DNA of 61,258 bases from an uncultured Alphaproteobacteria bacterium (GTDB taxonomy: Bacteria > Pseudomonadota > Alphaproteobacteria > Rs-D84): positions 1-61,258 of the forward strand of contig CALARG010000021.1 in NCBI GenBank assembly GCA_937888635.1, in the 5' to 3' direction. Below are positions 1-9,170 of the stretch, piece by piece; position 1 is the first letter of the stretch, and each line of letters begins with the position of its first letter. A program made the translations under genes and the position numbers. The notes below the pieces were generated by a model. It saw nothing but the letters and a program-made list of their open reading frames with translations, ran no database searches and was not told where the DNA came from.

Positions 1-545
1 TCAATAACATCAACCACGCCACGGAAATCAGATTCTGCACCAATTGGGAAATTCACGACCAACGGATTCGCCCCCAAACGTTCACGAATCATATCAACGC
101 AGCGGAAGAAATTACCCCCAATACGGTCCATCTTATTAATAAAACAAATACGTGGAACCGCATAACGGTCTGCCTGACGCCATACCGTTTCCGTCTGTGG
201 TTGCACACCAGATACAGATTCAAAAACCGCAACCGCGCCGTCCAATACACGCAGCGAACGTTCTACTTCCATTGTAAAGTCCACGTGTCCCGGTGTATCA
301 ATCAAGTTAATGCGATGATCACGCCAGAAGCATGTTGTTGCCGCGGACGTAATTGTAATACCACGTTCTTGTTCCTGGGCCATCCAGTCCATGGTTGCGC
401 CACCATCGTGCACTTCACCAATTTTGTATGTTTTACCCGTATAGAACAAGATACGTTCAGAAGTTGTTGTTTTACCCGCGTCAATATGGGCCATAATGCC
501 GATATTGCGGTACATATGTAAAGGTGCGGTTTTTCCGACTGACAT
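1..545 (-). CDS. fusA: Elongation factor G, N-terminal GTPase domain (partial, continues past window start)
   Basis: Minus-strand frame from ATG at 543-545 reads [37 protein letters not shown]...DTPGHVDF...NKMDR (G1-G4 motifs). Lies downstream of rpsL-rpsG as in the str operon. Absent from the ORF track because it is open at the edge. Confidence 0.93.
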   Translation of the reverse strand, partial: MSVGKTAPLHMYRNIGIMAHIDAGKTTTSERILFYTGKTYKIGEVHDGGATMDWMAQEQERGITITSAATTCFWRDHRINLIDTPGHVDFTMEVERSLRVLDGAVAVFESVSGVQPQTETVWRQADRYAVPRICFINKMDRIGGNFFRCVDMIRERLGANPLVVNFPIGAESDFRGVVDVI

Positions 546-572
546 TGTATCTTTCCTTTGCCTTTGTATTTA

Positions 573-1046
573 TTACCAACGGAAGTGAGCAAACGCCTTG
601 TTCGCTTCTGCCATTCTGTGTGTATCCAGTTTCTTTTTAAATGCGCCACCCTGGCCATTCAATGCATCACGCAATTCTGCGAACACGCGGTCTGTCATAT
701 TGCGTTCACCGCGTTTACGCGCGAACATAATCGCCCAACGAATCGCCAATGTCTGCTGACGCGCAGGACGCACATCACATGGAACCTGATATGTCGCACC
801 ACCAACACGGCGACCTTTTACTTCTACAGATGGTTTCAACGCATCAATCGCTTCCAAGAAAGCCGCTAATTCATCACCGTCTTTGGCAACAGATTTTAAC
901 TTTTCCATTGCACCATAAACAATATTTTCGGCAACTTCTTTTTTACCATCCCACATAACATTATTAATAAATTTTGCAACAACCAGATTGTTATATTTTG
1001 AATCTGGCAAGATTTCACGTTTTGTTGCAGCCTTACGTCTTGACAT
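573..1046 (-). CDS. rpsG: 30S ribosomal protein S7
   Basis: Translation [20 protein letters not shown]... is the typical S7 N-terminus. Start trimmed to Met8 of the ORF (ATG 1044-1046). Confidence 0.95.
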   Translation of the reverse strand: MSRRKAATKREILPDSKYNNLVVAKFINNVMWDGKKEVAENIVYGAMEKLKSVAKDGDELAAFLEAIDALKPSVEVKGRRVGGATYQVPCDVRPARQQTLAIRWAIMFARKRGERNMTDRVFAELRDALNGQGGAFKKKLDTHRMAEANKAFAHFRW

Positions 1047-1123
1047 TTTATTTTTTCCTTTTGTCACTTCACCTGTTATTCAACAGATTACTCACGCACA
1101 TTATATGCGTGCGGTTAACTTAA

Positions 1124-1495
1124 TTATTTCTTTGTTTTGGCACCGTACAAAGAACGACCCTGCTTTCTTGCATCAACACCCTTGGTATCTAATACACCAC
1201 GGATGATATGATACTTCACACCCGGCAAGTCCTTTACACGACCACCACGAATCATAACGACACTATGTTCCTGCAGGTTATGACCTTCCCCAGGGATATA
1301 AGCAGTTACTTCGCGGCCGTTCGCCAGTTTTACACGGGCAACCTTACGCTGCGCCGAGTTAGGTTTTTTCGGTGTTGTCGTATAAACACGTGTGCAAACA
1401 CCACGTTTCTGTGGGTTTTCCATCATGTCAGGCGCAGTGCTTTTCACCACGACTTTTTTACGAGGTTTCCGAATCAGTTGGTTTACTGTTGGCAT
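1124..1495 (-). CDS. rpsL: 30S ribosomal protein S12
   Basis: [14 protein letters not shown]...[14 protein letters not shown]...[15 protein letters not shown] is canonical S12. Confidence 0.97.
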   Translation of the reverse strand: MPTVNQLIRKPRKKVVVKSTAPDMMENPQKRGVCTRVYTTTPKKPNSAQRKVARVKLANGREVTAYIPGEGHNLQEHSVVMIRGGRVKDLPGVKYHIIRGVLDTKGVDARKQGRSLYGAKTKK

Positions 1496-1647
1496 TCAAA
1501 ATCTCTTTGTTTTTTTCTACCTGTTTTACTCTGCACAAAAGCCACCTATCAGACTTATTTCAACGACTTAACGCCGGATTATAACTCTGAAACATTAGGC
1601 GGTTTCCTGTGTTCATTACTCTCCTTAATTACACGGAAAGCGAACAC

Positions 1648-1676
1648 ACTATAATCGCCCCACCCCAAATTGTCAA
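1648..1676 (-). promoter_or_regulatory. Sigma70-type promoter of the rpsL operon
   Basis: Minus strand reads TTGACA (1671-1676), a 17-nt spacer, then TATAGT (1648-1653), about 150 nt upstream of the rpsL ATG. Confidence 0.55.
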
Positions 1677-1782
1677 GGAAAATCTGGGATAAAATCTTAA
1701 CAAAATCGCTTGAAACCTGCGTATTTTTAGGAATTTAGAGAAATTACAAATTTGACAAATTTAATACCCGTACAAACAATAT

Positions 1783-1806
1783 AAAACCCGCCAAACAGCG
1801 GGTTTA
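1783..1806 (-). terminator. Rho-independent terminator after OMP gene 1812-2561
   Basis: Stem AAACCCGC/GCGGGTTT followed by a T-rich run on the minus strand. Confidence 0.6.
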
Positions 1807-1811
1807 CAATA

Positions 1812-2561
1812 TCAGAAATCTGCTCCAAAAACAAATCCAAACACCATTGGCGCACTATCAAAACTGTGCACAACATCTTTGGCCGCGTACACCCCCACAT
1901 ACTTGGTTGTATCCAGATTATAGTTCGCACCAACCTTGACCCGCAGTTGTTCCCCATCATAGTAATCATCAAACAGATCAAAATCAAACATCAGGTCCCC
2001 AACCAAATTCCAATTATCATTCAGTATATACTGTCCCTGAACACCAACGCTCATCGCCCATGCATCAAAGGTATCTTGTGGCAAATCATCATTTAAATAA
2101 TCAACTTGCACAATCCCAACAACGGTCCAATCATCTGTCATACGCCCAACACGCGCCCCCACCGTCCAATTATACGCAACCGTCTGTAAATTTTCACGCG
2201 TATCATAAATTTGTTTTACATCACCATAAACCTCGGCGTGTAATTCATTTTCACGCCACAAATCCCAATCAAACCCAAATTCTAAATCATTCCACGCCCA
2301 CTTTCCAAACTCTGGATTATCTGATGAATCATATGAACCACTTGTTGCCACGCTAATTGCAAAATCATCAGAAACACCATATCCAAATTCATCAGCCATA
2401 ACAAAACGGTCAAATTTAGAATTAGCCTCTATCGGTGTAAACAAGTTATAAAACCGTCCCTGGGCCGGCCTATATAATGGATTGCCGTTTATAATATTAG
2501 TCGCATTTGCTGCTGACATCAAACAAACCAACGCCCCCACAGAAACAATTAAAGTCTTCAT
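1812..2561 (-). CDS. Outer-membrane beta-barrel protein, paralogue A (unknown family)
   Basis: Signal peptide MKTLIVSVGALVCLMSAANA, alternating amphipathic strands rich in Gly/Tyr/Asp/Trp, C-terminal ...FVFGADF. Start trimmed to Met24 (2559-2561). Confidence 0.7.
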   Translation of the reverse strand: MKTLIVSVGALVCLMSAANATNIINGNPLYRPAQGRFYNLFTPIEANSKFDRFVMADEFGYGVSDDFAISVATSGSYDSSDNPEFGKWAWNDLEFGFDWDLWRENELHAEVYGDVKQIYDTRENLQTVAYNWTVGARVGRMTDDWTVVGIVQVDYLNDDLPQDTFDAWAMSVGVQGQYILNDNWNLVGDLMFDFDLFDDYYDGEQLRVKVGANYNLDTTKYVGVYAAKDVVHSFDSAPMVFGFVFGADF

Positions 2562-2627
2562 ATTTTCTCTCCTCTTTCGCATATGAATTGTAAAAAATAT
2601 GAAAACAGATATAAACAGGAACAAATT

Positions 2628-2660
2628 CAAAAAAAATCCCCCAAACGGGGGATTTCTTTT
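2628..2660 (-). terminator. Rho-independent terminator after OMP gene 2673-3461
   Basis: AATCCCCC-AAAC-GGGGGATT hairpin with a T-run on the minus strand. Confidence 0.7.
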
Positions 2661-2672
2661 GTTTTTAATTTA

Positions 2673-3461
2673 TTAAAATTCAATCCCAAAGTTCACACCA
2701 AATCCAAAACCATCAACCCATTCCCAATCGCCTTCTGCAACATGGGACATTTCCTTTGTAATATATGCACCAATAAATTTGGTTTCATCAATATTATAAT
2801 TTGCACCAAATGCAAAATCCCACGCCCCCAAATTCAATTTCCACATATCTCCATCAATCCACGCGGTATATTCCGCCGCACCAACCAGGTTCCAAGAATC
2901 ATTAATCACATACTGACCATCAACACCAAAACGCATCAGATGCAACCCACCATCACGTTCATCCCAGTTAAAAGATTCAGTCCCAATGTAATCAAACATC
3001 ACATGGCCCGCAATCGTAAATCCGGCACCAACATATCCACCACGAACGCCAATGGTCCAATTATACAACGTCGTGTCTTTATCCATAAAGGATGCATGAT
3101 CCCCCCATACTGGTGCAACAGAATAAGAGGCCAATAAATCCGCCTTCCACGCACCTTGATCTAACATACGATAATTAATCCCCAACGACAACGTATTCCA
3201 CGACATAGAATCAAACCAATCCGCCTGACCCGCAGACGTACCAACAACAACCGCCATATCTTCGGTAATACCATATCCAAACTCTTCATACAGCCCTACT
3301 TCATCAATTGCCTTGGTATGCGAACCAACAGATGTCACACTATAAAAATGCCCTGCCCCCGGACGCCACAATGGATTCCCATCAATAATATTTGCCGCAT
3401 GCGCGCCTGAAATTGCAAAAAAAGCCAACAAAGAAGTCAAAGTCAATTTTTTCATAATCAT
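2673..3461 (-). CDS. Outer-membrane beta-barrel protein, paralogue B
   Basis: Signal peptide MIMKKLTLTSLLAFFAISGAHA. Shares ANIIxGNPLxRPxxGxFY, EFGYGxxxD and C-terminal F with the upstream paralogue. Ends GVNFGIEF. Confidence 0.7.
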   Translation of the reverse strand: MIMKKLTLTSLLAFFAISGAHAANIIDGNPLWRPGAGHFYSVTSVGSHTKAIDEVGLYEEFGYGITEDMAVVVGTSAGQADWFDSMSWNTLSLGINYRMLDQGAWKADLLASYSVAPVWGDHASFMDKDTTLYNWTIGVRGGYVGAGFTIAGHVMFDYIGTESFNWDERDGGLHLMRFGVDGQYVINDSWNLVGAAEYTAWIDGDMWKLNLGAWDFAFGANYNIDETKFIGAYITKEMSHVAEGDWEWVDGFGFGVNFGIEF

Positions 3462-3785
3462 TCCTTTCGTTTAAGGTTAAACACCAGATTACATTTCCGG
3501 TCATATAACATTTTATCAGGCATAAAATCCCAACCGCAAGGTCAAAGATTTTTGCAAAACCACCCATTTTATGATACAGTCCTGCGCATATACGAATCGT
3601 ATTTTCAACAAATCGTTTTATCAAACGCCCGCCCAAAGGGCGTTTTAGCACATTTGTTATAATTCGTTATAATTTTTAATAATTATTAAAAACAACTAAA
3701 TGCCGATTTTCTAAAATAAATTTAAAAAAATTTTTTCGCTAAACACGCACAAGATAAAATTAAAAGATAATAACACAGATAAACA

Positions 3786-3855
3786 GGCTAGTAATGACAT
3801 AACACACAAACACTACACTAGCGCGCCAACAACAATCAGATACGCCATTAGCATC
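3786..3855. repeat. Degenerate copy of the GTAGTGTACA..ACGCTAC hairpin-repeat family, abutting the mltG stop
   Basis: The segment ...actacactagcgcgccaacaacaatcagatacgccattagcatc aligns with 30045-30089 (gctacacgagcgagccaacaacaagcagatatgccattagattt). Confidence 0.35.
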
Positions 3856-4872
3856 TTACTTTTTGTTTTTTATTTTACGCCACGCATTATGATTTTTTTT
3901 ATGCTCTTCATAGTCCCGCGAAAACCTGTGCCCGCCCTTGCCATCCGCAACAAAGAACAAGAAATTTGTTTCCGCCGGATTCAAGACCGCCCGAATCGCA
4001 CTTTGCCCAACATTTGCGATTGGCGCCGGTGGCAGGCCCGCATTACGATATGTATTATATGGACTGTCAATTTTTAGATGTCCCCGCAACAGTGGCGCAC
4101 CCTGCATATCCCCCAAACCATTTGTCAGTGCATAAACCACCGTCGGGTCGGCCTGCAACCGCATCCCCCGGTTCAGGCGATTTAAATACACACTGGCGAC
4201 AATTGGCATTTCACGCGCCAACGGCGTTTCCTTTTGAACAATTGACGCCAGTGTTATAACTTCATTCCACGATTTCAAAGGTTTTGGCAACCGACGACTG
4301 GTTTTATTCCAGGCATCCCCAATCCCCTGCATTTTTTTTCGTGCCAACTCTAACACTGCCAACCGGCGCGTACCACGTGCCACCGTATATGTATCTGGAA
4401 AAATCTGACCATCTTTTAAATTACAAACTGGGGCGATATTTCCCGCCTCGCATTCAACCGCACCGGTCAAGGCCGCAGATTGCAACAACAGTTTTTTTAT
4501 CTGTTGCACCGTCAGCCCTTCGGGAATAACGATTGTCGTTGATGCCACACGACCATTTGCAAACATATCTGCAATACGCCACGCACTGGCACCATTTGGA
4601 ATATCATATTGGCCACTTTGTATTTTTCCACCCATCAAACGAACAGATGTTTTAAAGACCTGATCTGAATCTATCAACTTTTGCTGTACCAGACGATTCG
4701 CAACACCTGATACAGTATCCCCACGACTAATATTAAAAACAACTGGCGCGCGCACTGTTGAATGCACCATGAACATATAAAACATTGCGCACACAACAAT
4801 TAACAATGGCGCCACAATCATTTGAATTAAAACACGTGTTGGAAAAAATTTTCTTATCCTGGGCATAACCAT
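3856..4872 (-). CDS. mltG: Endolytic murein transglycosylase MltG (YceG-like)
   Basis: N-terminal TM helix, then a YceG domain (...IPEGLTVQQI..., ...ASIVQKET..., ...LQADPTVVYA..., ...SPYNTYRNAGLPPAPIANVG...). Position after fabF is conserved. Start at Met26/Met28 of the ORF is uncertain. Confidence 0.85.
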   Translation of the reverse strand: MVMPRIRKFFPTRVLIQMIVAPLLIVVCAMFYMFMVHSTVRAPVVFNISRGDTVSGVANRLVQQKLIDSDQVFKTSVRLMGGKIQSGQYDIPNGASAWRIADMFANGRVASTTIVIPEGLTVQQIKKLLLQSAALTGAVECEAGNIAPVCNLKDGQIFPDTYTVARGTRRLAVLELARKKMQGIGDAWNKTSRRLPKPLKSWNEVITLASIVQKETPLAREMPIVASVYLNRLNRGMRLQADPTVVYALTNGLGDMQGAPLLRGHLKIDSPYNTYRNAGLPPAPIANVGQSAIRAVLNPAETNFLFFVADGKGGHRFSRDYEEHKKNHNAWRKIKNKK

Positions 4873-4921
4873 AAAATTATTACAAATAAAAAATAATTTG
4901 CAAACAACAAAAACAGCCCTA

Positions 4922-4950
4922 TTGACAAACAAAATTTTATACAGCATATT
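4922..4950 (+). promoter_or_regulatory. Putative sigma70 promoter for the ACP-like gene
   Basis: TTGACA (4922-4927), 17 nt, CATATT (4945-4950). AGGAAG SD lies before the ATG at 4980. Confidence 0.45.
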
Positions 4951-4979
4951 TTATACATAACAAACCATAGGAAGAAAAT

Positions 4980-5297
4980 ATGACAACATATGAAATCGTC
5001 CGTGACACAATCGTCAAGAAAGGCTATATGTCAAAAAATTCTATTAACCAAAACACAAACCTGTTTGAACATATGGGACCAATAGCAATACTGGAAATCG
5101 TATCAGAATTACAAGAAATGCTGAACACCCCAATCCAGGAAAAATATTTTGACAATGTAAAGACTGTTCGCGACCTGGTACGCGCATATCAGGCACAATC
5201 CCGCGCAAACCTGAACCAGGATTTAAAATTGACATACCAGCAACTGCGTACGCTGGTCCCCGTCCGTGCGAAACAAGCAAACTTTCGCACCCGCTAA
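4980..5297 (+). CDS. Acyl-carrier-protein-like paralogue lacking the phosphopantetheine-attachment serine
   Basis: Aligns with the window's own AcpP (MTTYEIVRDTIV.. vs [12 protein letters not shown]..; FEHMGPIAILEIVSEL vs [16 protein letters not shown]). DSL is replaced by PIA. Has an extra basic ~30-aa tail. Confidence 0.6.
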   Translation: MTTYEIVRDTIVKKGYMSKNSINQNTNLFEHMGPIAILEIVSELQEMLNTPIQEKYFDNVKTVRDLVRAYQAQSRANLNQDLKLTYQQLRTLVPVRAKQANFRTR

Positions 5298-5299
5298 AT

Positions 5300-5330
5300 A
5301 AAACCCCGCCAACCGGCGGGATTATTTCTC
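5300..5330 (+). terminator. Rho-independent terminator
   Basis: CCCGCC-AACC-GGCGGG followed by ATTATTTCTC. Confidence 0.6.
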
Positions 5331-5340
5331 ACTTGTCCGC

Positions 5341-5369
5341 TTGACAAATTTTAATTTTTGTGCTATATA
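5341..5369 (+). promoter_or_regulatory. Sigma70 promoter with extended -10
   Basis: TTGACA (5341-5346), 17 nt, TGcTATATA (-10 hexamer at 5364-5369). Confidence 0.55.
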
Positions 5370-5410
5370 TAAAATATAAGTAATTAAAAATACAATCAAA
5401 GGACAAAAAA

Positions 5411-5953
5411 ATGGCAAACTATGAAATTAACGACATCTACGATATTGCTACTGCATTTATTATGGACAAAAATACGAAAATTGATTTTGACCAAGATGTT
5501 GAAAAAGACAAAATTTGTTATAAATTCACCAGACACGGTCTGACCGACACCCCATATTGCCTGTGCATTTCTGCAACACGCAAGGCACCAACATGGCATC
5601 AAGAAGCCAGCGCGCACCCAATGTCTGATGGTCGCATACACACAGAAAAAAGAAAATTCAAAAAAAAGAATTACGGCACAATTACCCTGTCCGCCGAAAA
5701 AGAATATCGCATCTGTGGCGAACCAACAAAAATTAATGATAAATTATTAACCTACACAACAAAACACGAAGTTGGCAGCGCACTGGACAAAGGCCAAAGC
5801 GACATGAATCGTTTCCTGACGCGTATAAAGTCACGAAAATTCTTTAATCTGCTGGATTTGGCAGAAAAGCGCATTTCCGGTCAAATCAAGACAACCGATA
5901 ATTCAAAACAAATCTTTGACATGATTTATCGCCTGAAAGAAAACACAAAGTAA
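5411..5953 (+). CDS. Hypothetical protein (180 aa), no family recognised
   Basis: Long ORF with its own promoter and terminator. Lys-rich, no signal peptide. Confidence 0.55.
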   Translation: MANYEINDIYDIATAFIMDKNTKIDFDQDVEKDKICYKFTRHGLTDTPYCLCISATRKAPTWHQEASAHPMSDGRIHTEKRKFKKKNYGTITLSAEKEYRICGEPTKINDKLLTYTTKHEVGSALDKGQSDMNRFLTRIKSRKFFNLLDLAEKRISGQIKTTDNSKQIFDMIYRLKENTK

Positions 5954-5954
5954 G

Positions 5955-5990
5955 AAAAAATCCCCCAGAATTTCTGGGGGATTAAAAATT
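5955..5990. terminator. Bidirectional terminator between 5411-5953 (+) and fabF (-)
   Basis: TCCCCCA-GAATTTC-TGGGGGA flanked by an A-run and a T-run. Confidence 0.65.
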
Positions 5991-5999
5991 TATGCCATT

Positions 6000-7250
6000 T
6001 TATTTAATTTTCTTCAGAACAACCGATGCATTTGTCCCGCCAAATCCAAACGAATTACTTAACGCAACATCAACCTGGCGTTCTTTGGCCACATGTGGCA
6101 CCAAATCAAAATCACCAACCGCATCTTCTGGGTCATCTAAATTAATTGTCGGTGGCACAACACCATCACGAATCGCCAGCGCACAGAAAATTGTTTCCAC
6201 GGCACCCGCGGCACCCAACAAATGCCCTGTCATTGATTTCGTAGACGACATAGACACCGGCACACCTGCAAATAAATTCTGCACCGCCGCCAATTCGCCA
6301 ACATCACCCAAACCTGTTGATGTTCCATGGGCATTAATATAATCAACATCCGCCGGATTCAGCCCCGCGTCTTTTAACGCAGATTGCATTGCACGCATAC
6401 CACCTTCGCCATTTGGGGCGGGCGCAGTAATATGATACGCATCACCCGACATGCCGTATCCAGCAACCTCGGCATAGATTTTTGCACCACGCGCAACCGC
6501 GTGTTCATATTCTTCCAGAACCAACACACCGGCACCTTCGGCCATAATAAATCCATCGCGATTTTTATCCCATGGGCGCGATGCGCGTTCTGGCTCATCA
6601 TTGCGTGTACTTAATGCGCGCATTGCCGAAAATCCTGCCAGACCGATACGCCCAACCGCACCTTCGGTACCACCGCACACCATAATGTCTGCATCACCAT
6701 ATTTAATCATACGCGCAGCCTCGCCAATTGAATGCGCACCGGTCGCACACGCCGTCACCACAGAAATATTTGGCCCCTGCAAACCATACTTGATTGAAAT
6801 ATTGCCCGCTGCCATATTAATAATACCTTTTGGGATAAAGAACGGACTGACACGACGCGGTCCACCATCATGCAATTCAATACAATTATCATATATCGTA
6901 TTCAGCCCACCAATACCACTGCCGATTGAAACACCAATACGCGTCTTGTCCCCTGTATAGTTATCCAGCCCCGCATCCTTAATCGCTTCGTCCGCTGCAA
7001 CCAATCCATACAAAATACACCTATCTAACTTGCGCTGTTCACGTGGTTCCACAACCGCATCAAAATTACATTGACCGTCCGCAGTTCCAACTTGTGGAAT
7101 ACCTGCAATTTGCGATGCCAAATCTGACACTTCAAAAGAATCAATTTTACGCACACCCGATTTACCGGCCAAAATATTTTTCCACGCATGTTCAACCCCC
7201 GTTCCCACAGGCGATACAATACCCATACCGGTAATAACAACTCTTTTCAT
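6000..7250 (-). CDS. fabF: 3-oxoacyl-ACP synthase II
   Basis: MKRVVITGMGIVSPVG..., active-site context VVTACATGAHSIG, HGTSTxxGD and C-terminal SNSFGFGGTNASVV. Confidence 0.95.
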   Translation of the reverse strand: MKRVVITGMGIVSPVGTGVEHAWKNILAGKSGVRKIDSFEVSDLASQIAGIPQVGTADGQCNFDAVVEPREQRKLDRCILYGLVAADEAIKDAGLDNYTGDKTRIGVSIGSGIGGLNTIYDNCIELHDGGPRRVSPFFIPKGIINMAAGNISIKYGLQGPNISVVTACATGAHSIGEAARMIKYGDADIMVCGGTEGAVGRIGLAGFSAMRALSTRNDEPERASRPWDKNRDGFIMAEGAGVLVLEEYEHAVARGAKIYAEVAGYGMSGDAYHITAPAPNGEGGMRAMQSALKDAGLNPADVDYINAHGTSTGLGDVGELAAVQNLFAGVPVSMSSTKSMTGHLLGAAGAVETIFCALAIRDGVVPPTINLDDPEDAVGDFDLVPHVAKERQVDVALSNSFGFGGTNASVVLKKIK

Positions 7251-7330
7251 AATTTATATTCCTTTATAAGATTATACATAAACTAACATACGCAGATATA
7301 ATAAACATTTTTGCATCAAAATACAGTAAA

Positions 7331-7362
7331 AAAATCCGTCGGCACACACGCACCGACGGATA
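7331..7362 (-). terminator. Hairpin terminator/attenuator between acpP and fabF
   Basis: TCCGTCGG ... CCGACGGA stem followed by T7 on the minus strand. Confidence 0.65.
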
Positions 7363-7387
7363 CAGAATATTTCAAAGAAACATAAAA

Positions 7388-7624
7388 TTAGTTTTTCTTG
7401 TTTTCTTCAATATATTTAACTGCATCACCAACTTTTTCCAATTTAGCAGCTGCATCGTCTGGAATAGTGATATCAAATTCTTTTTCAACTTCCATAACGA
7501 ATTCAACAACATCCAAAGAATCTGCACCCAAATCATTAACGAATGCTGCTTCTTCTGTAACTTTTTCTTCTGGCACACCCAGTTTTTCAGCTACGATTTT
7601 TTTTACTTTTTCAAAAGTTGTCAT
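7388..7624 (-). CDS. acpP: Acyl carrier protein
   Basis: 78 aa with the [11 protein letters not shown] motif containing the attachment serine. Confidence 0.95.
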   Translation of the reverse strand: MTTFEKVKKIVAEKLGVPEEKVTEEAAFVNDLGADSLDVVEFVMEVEKEFDITIPDDAAAKLEKVGDAVKYIEENKKN

Positions 7625-7749
7625 ATTTTTTTCCTTTGTTTTTGTTAAATTGTTTGGTCCATACCATGACCGTTGTTGTACTGTACGCTATCATTTTATG
7701 ACCTATGTGTCAAGAATTTATAACAAACGATAACAAACTTGACAAAAAA

Positions 7750-8760
7750 TCAATACAGATTTTCTGCAAACATATCATCCAATAACCCATTCAAATTATT
7801 ACGAAATTCTTCTCTGTCAGATGCCCACACAACCTGGCGCATTAAAAATTTATAAACATCATCCATTGTTAAATTTGGGATTCCCGCATCACACGCAACG
7901 CGTCGCCACGCAGTTCGCGGGTCAATTAAGTGCACACCGCCACGCCCTGGGAATACCCAGTGTCCATCCTGTGGCATATCCTGCAACAAAACAATCGCCC
8001 GATCTGACAATGGACGCCCATCCCACATATCATGATTAAAATCCAAATCTTCCCACGCCATAGAAAATATTTTTGAACGCGGTGCGAAACCATAAATCAG
8101 CATATAAAACGCCGAACGCAAAATCAAATCTGGCACCCTATCAATCGCCGCAACCAGGCGATAAAATCCCGCACGATTTAGTGGGCGTATACGGCGGTTT
8201 TGCTGGATTTTTTCTAGCCCAACCACCGGGTTCGTTTTCACATACCCCATTTCCATTGCATAGTTAAAAACACTTTGCATAAATTCTTGCATACGACCTG
8301 CGATTGCACGTCCAGAAATACTTGCAATAACATTTTTTACATCTTCTGATTTAATATCAGCAATCTTTTTTTCAAACAAAGATTCCAAATGCCGATTTAC
8401 CGCCCGCACCAATTTTGCATGCGAATCTTCACCACGCCGAACCTTGTTCTGCAAATACAAATCCAAGAATTGTTTAAACGTTATCTTCTTGCGACGAATC
8501 GGGGGCTTTTTCATCGCAGCATCCAAAATATCTGGCACTGCACTGCGCGCATCTTCTATATCCACCTGGGGATAATTTCCGATTAAAATCCGTTTATCCT
8601 TGCCATGTACGCGTTTTCGCACAAAGAAAGTTTTTATTCCACGACTGGTCACATACATACGCAAACGCGGTTCTGAAATATCCTGGACGACATCAAATCC
8701 CTTGGCCGGCGCCGGCAAGTTGTCCAAGATATACGGATTAAAATAGAATTGGTGCGCCAT
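7750..8760 (-). CDS. P4-type integrase-like protein with an apparently degenerate catalytic site
   Basis: Arm-binding (DUF4102-like) N-terminus (LPAPAKGFDVVQD...RLRMYVTSRGIKTFFVRKR...IGNYPQVDIEDAR), a core-binding region, and box I Arg (GFAPRSKIFSMAWEDLDF). The HxxR box reads TMDDVYKFL, and no C-terminal H...Y nucleophile segment is visible. Confidence 0.7.
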   Translation of the reverse strand: MAHQFYFNPYILDNLPAPAKGFDVVQDISEPRLRMYVTSRGIKTFFVRKRVHGKDKRILIGNYPQVDIEDARSAVPDILDAAMKKPPIRRKKITFKQFLDLYLQNKVRRGEDSHAKLVRAVNRHLESLFEKKIADIKSEDVKNVIASISGRAIAGRMQEFMQSVFNYAMEMGYVKTNPVVGLEKIQQNRRIRPLNRAGFYRLVAAIDRVPDLILRSAFYMLIYGFAPRSKIFSMAWEDLDFNHDMWDGRPLSDRAIVLLQDMPQDGHWVFPGRGGVHLIDPRTAWRRVACDAGIPNLTMDDVYKFLMRQVVWASDREEFRNNLNGLLDDMFAENLY

Positions 8761-8782
8761 ATCGGCCCCCTTTTTTTTATTT

Positions 8783-9151
8783 TTATTTTACATTTTGGAA
8801 TTTCTTATCCCAAAATTCAGCCAGCGCATTTTGCACTGCTTTTAATTCATCATGCTGCTTCCAATACCTATCATGCTGAAAACCACGCGGACAGACCCCA
8901 TCACAAACACCGCCAAAAAACTCTTCACAATAGTGTGCACTATAAACCGGACGAAACAATCTTTGTTCACCTGTTTTTTCTTTATGAATACATTTGATAT
9001 CTACACCATCGCACTTTTCAGAAATCTGTTTATGACGAAAGTCCCGCTCTCCACGCAATAACTTGGCCTTTTTGCGCAGATTCCAATATTCATTCCAATC
9101 TGCAACCATCTGATTAAACGGTGTTTCAACAATATAACTATATAAACTCAT
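8783..9151 (-). CDS. Hypothetical Cys-containing protein (122 aa)
   Basis: ORF between lepA and the integrase-like gene, 19-22 nt gaps. No family recognised. Confidence 0.45.
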   Translation of the reverse strand: MSLYSYIVETPFNQMVADWNEYWNLRKKAKLLRGERDFRHKQISEKCDGVDIKCIHKEKTGEQRLFRPVYSAHYCEEFFGGVCDGVCPRGFQHDRYWKQHDELKAVQNALAEFWDKKFQNVK

Positions 9152-9170
9152 ATCTATTTACCTTTATTTT

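Noticed and set aside
302-658. 118-aa minus-strand ORF spanning the fusA start and rpsG end, plus plus-strand ORFs 201-521 and 558-869.
   Set aside because: They are out of frame with, or antisense to, unmistakable fusA and rpsG reading frames. Their composition is typical of shadow ORFs.
7750-8760. An active integrative element or genomic island bounded by the integrase-like gene.
   Set aside because: No flanking tRNA/tmRNA gene or att-like direct repeats were seen. The catalytic residues appear missing, and the neighbouring genes are housekeeping.
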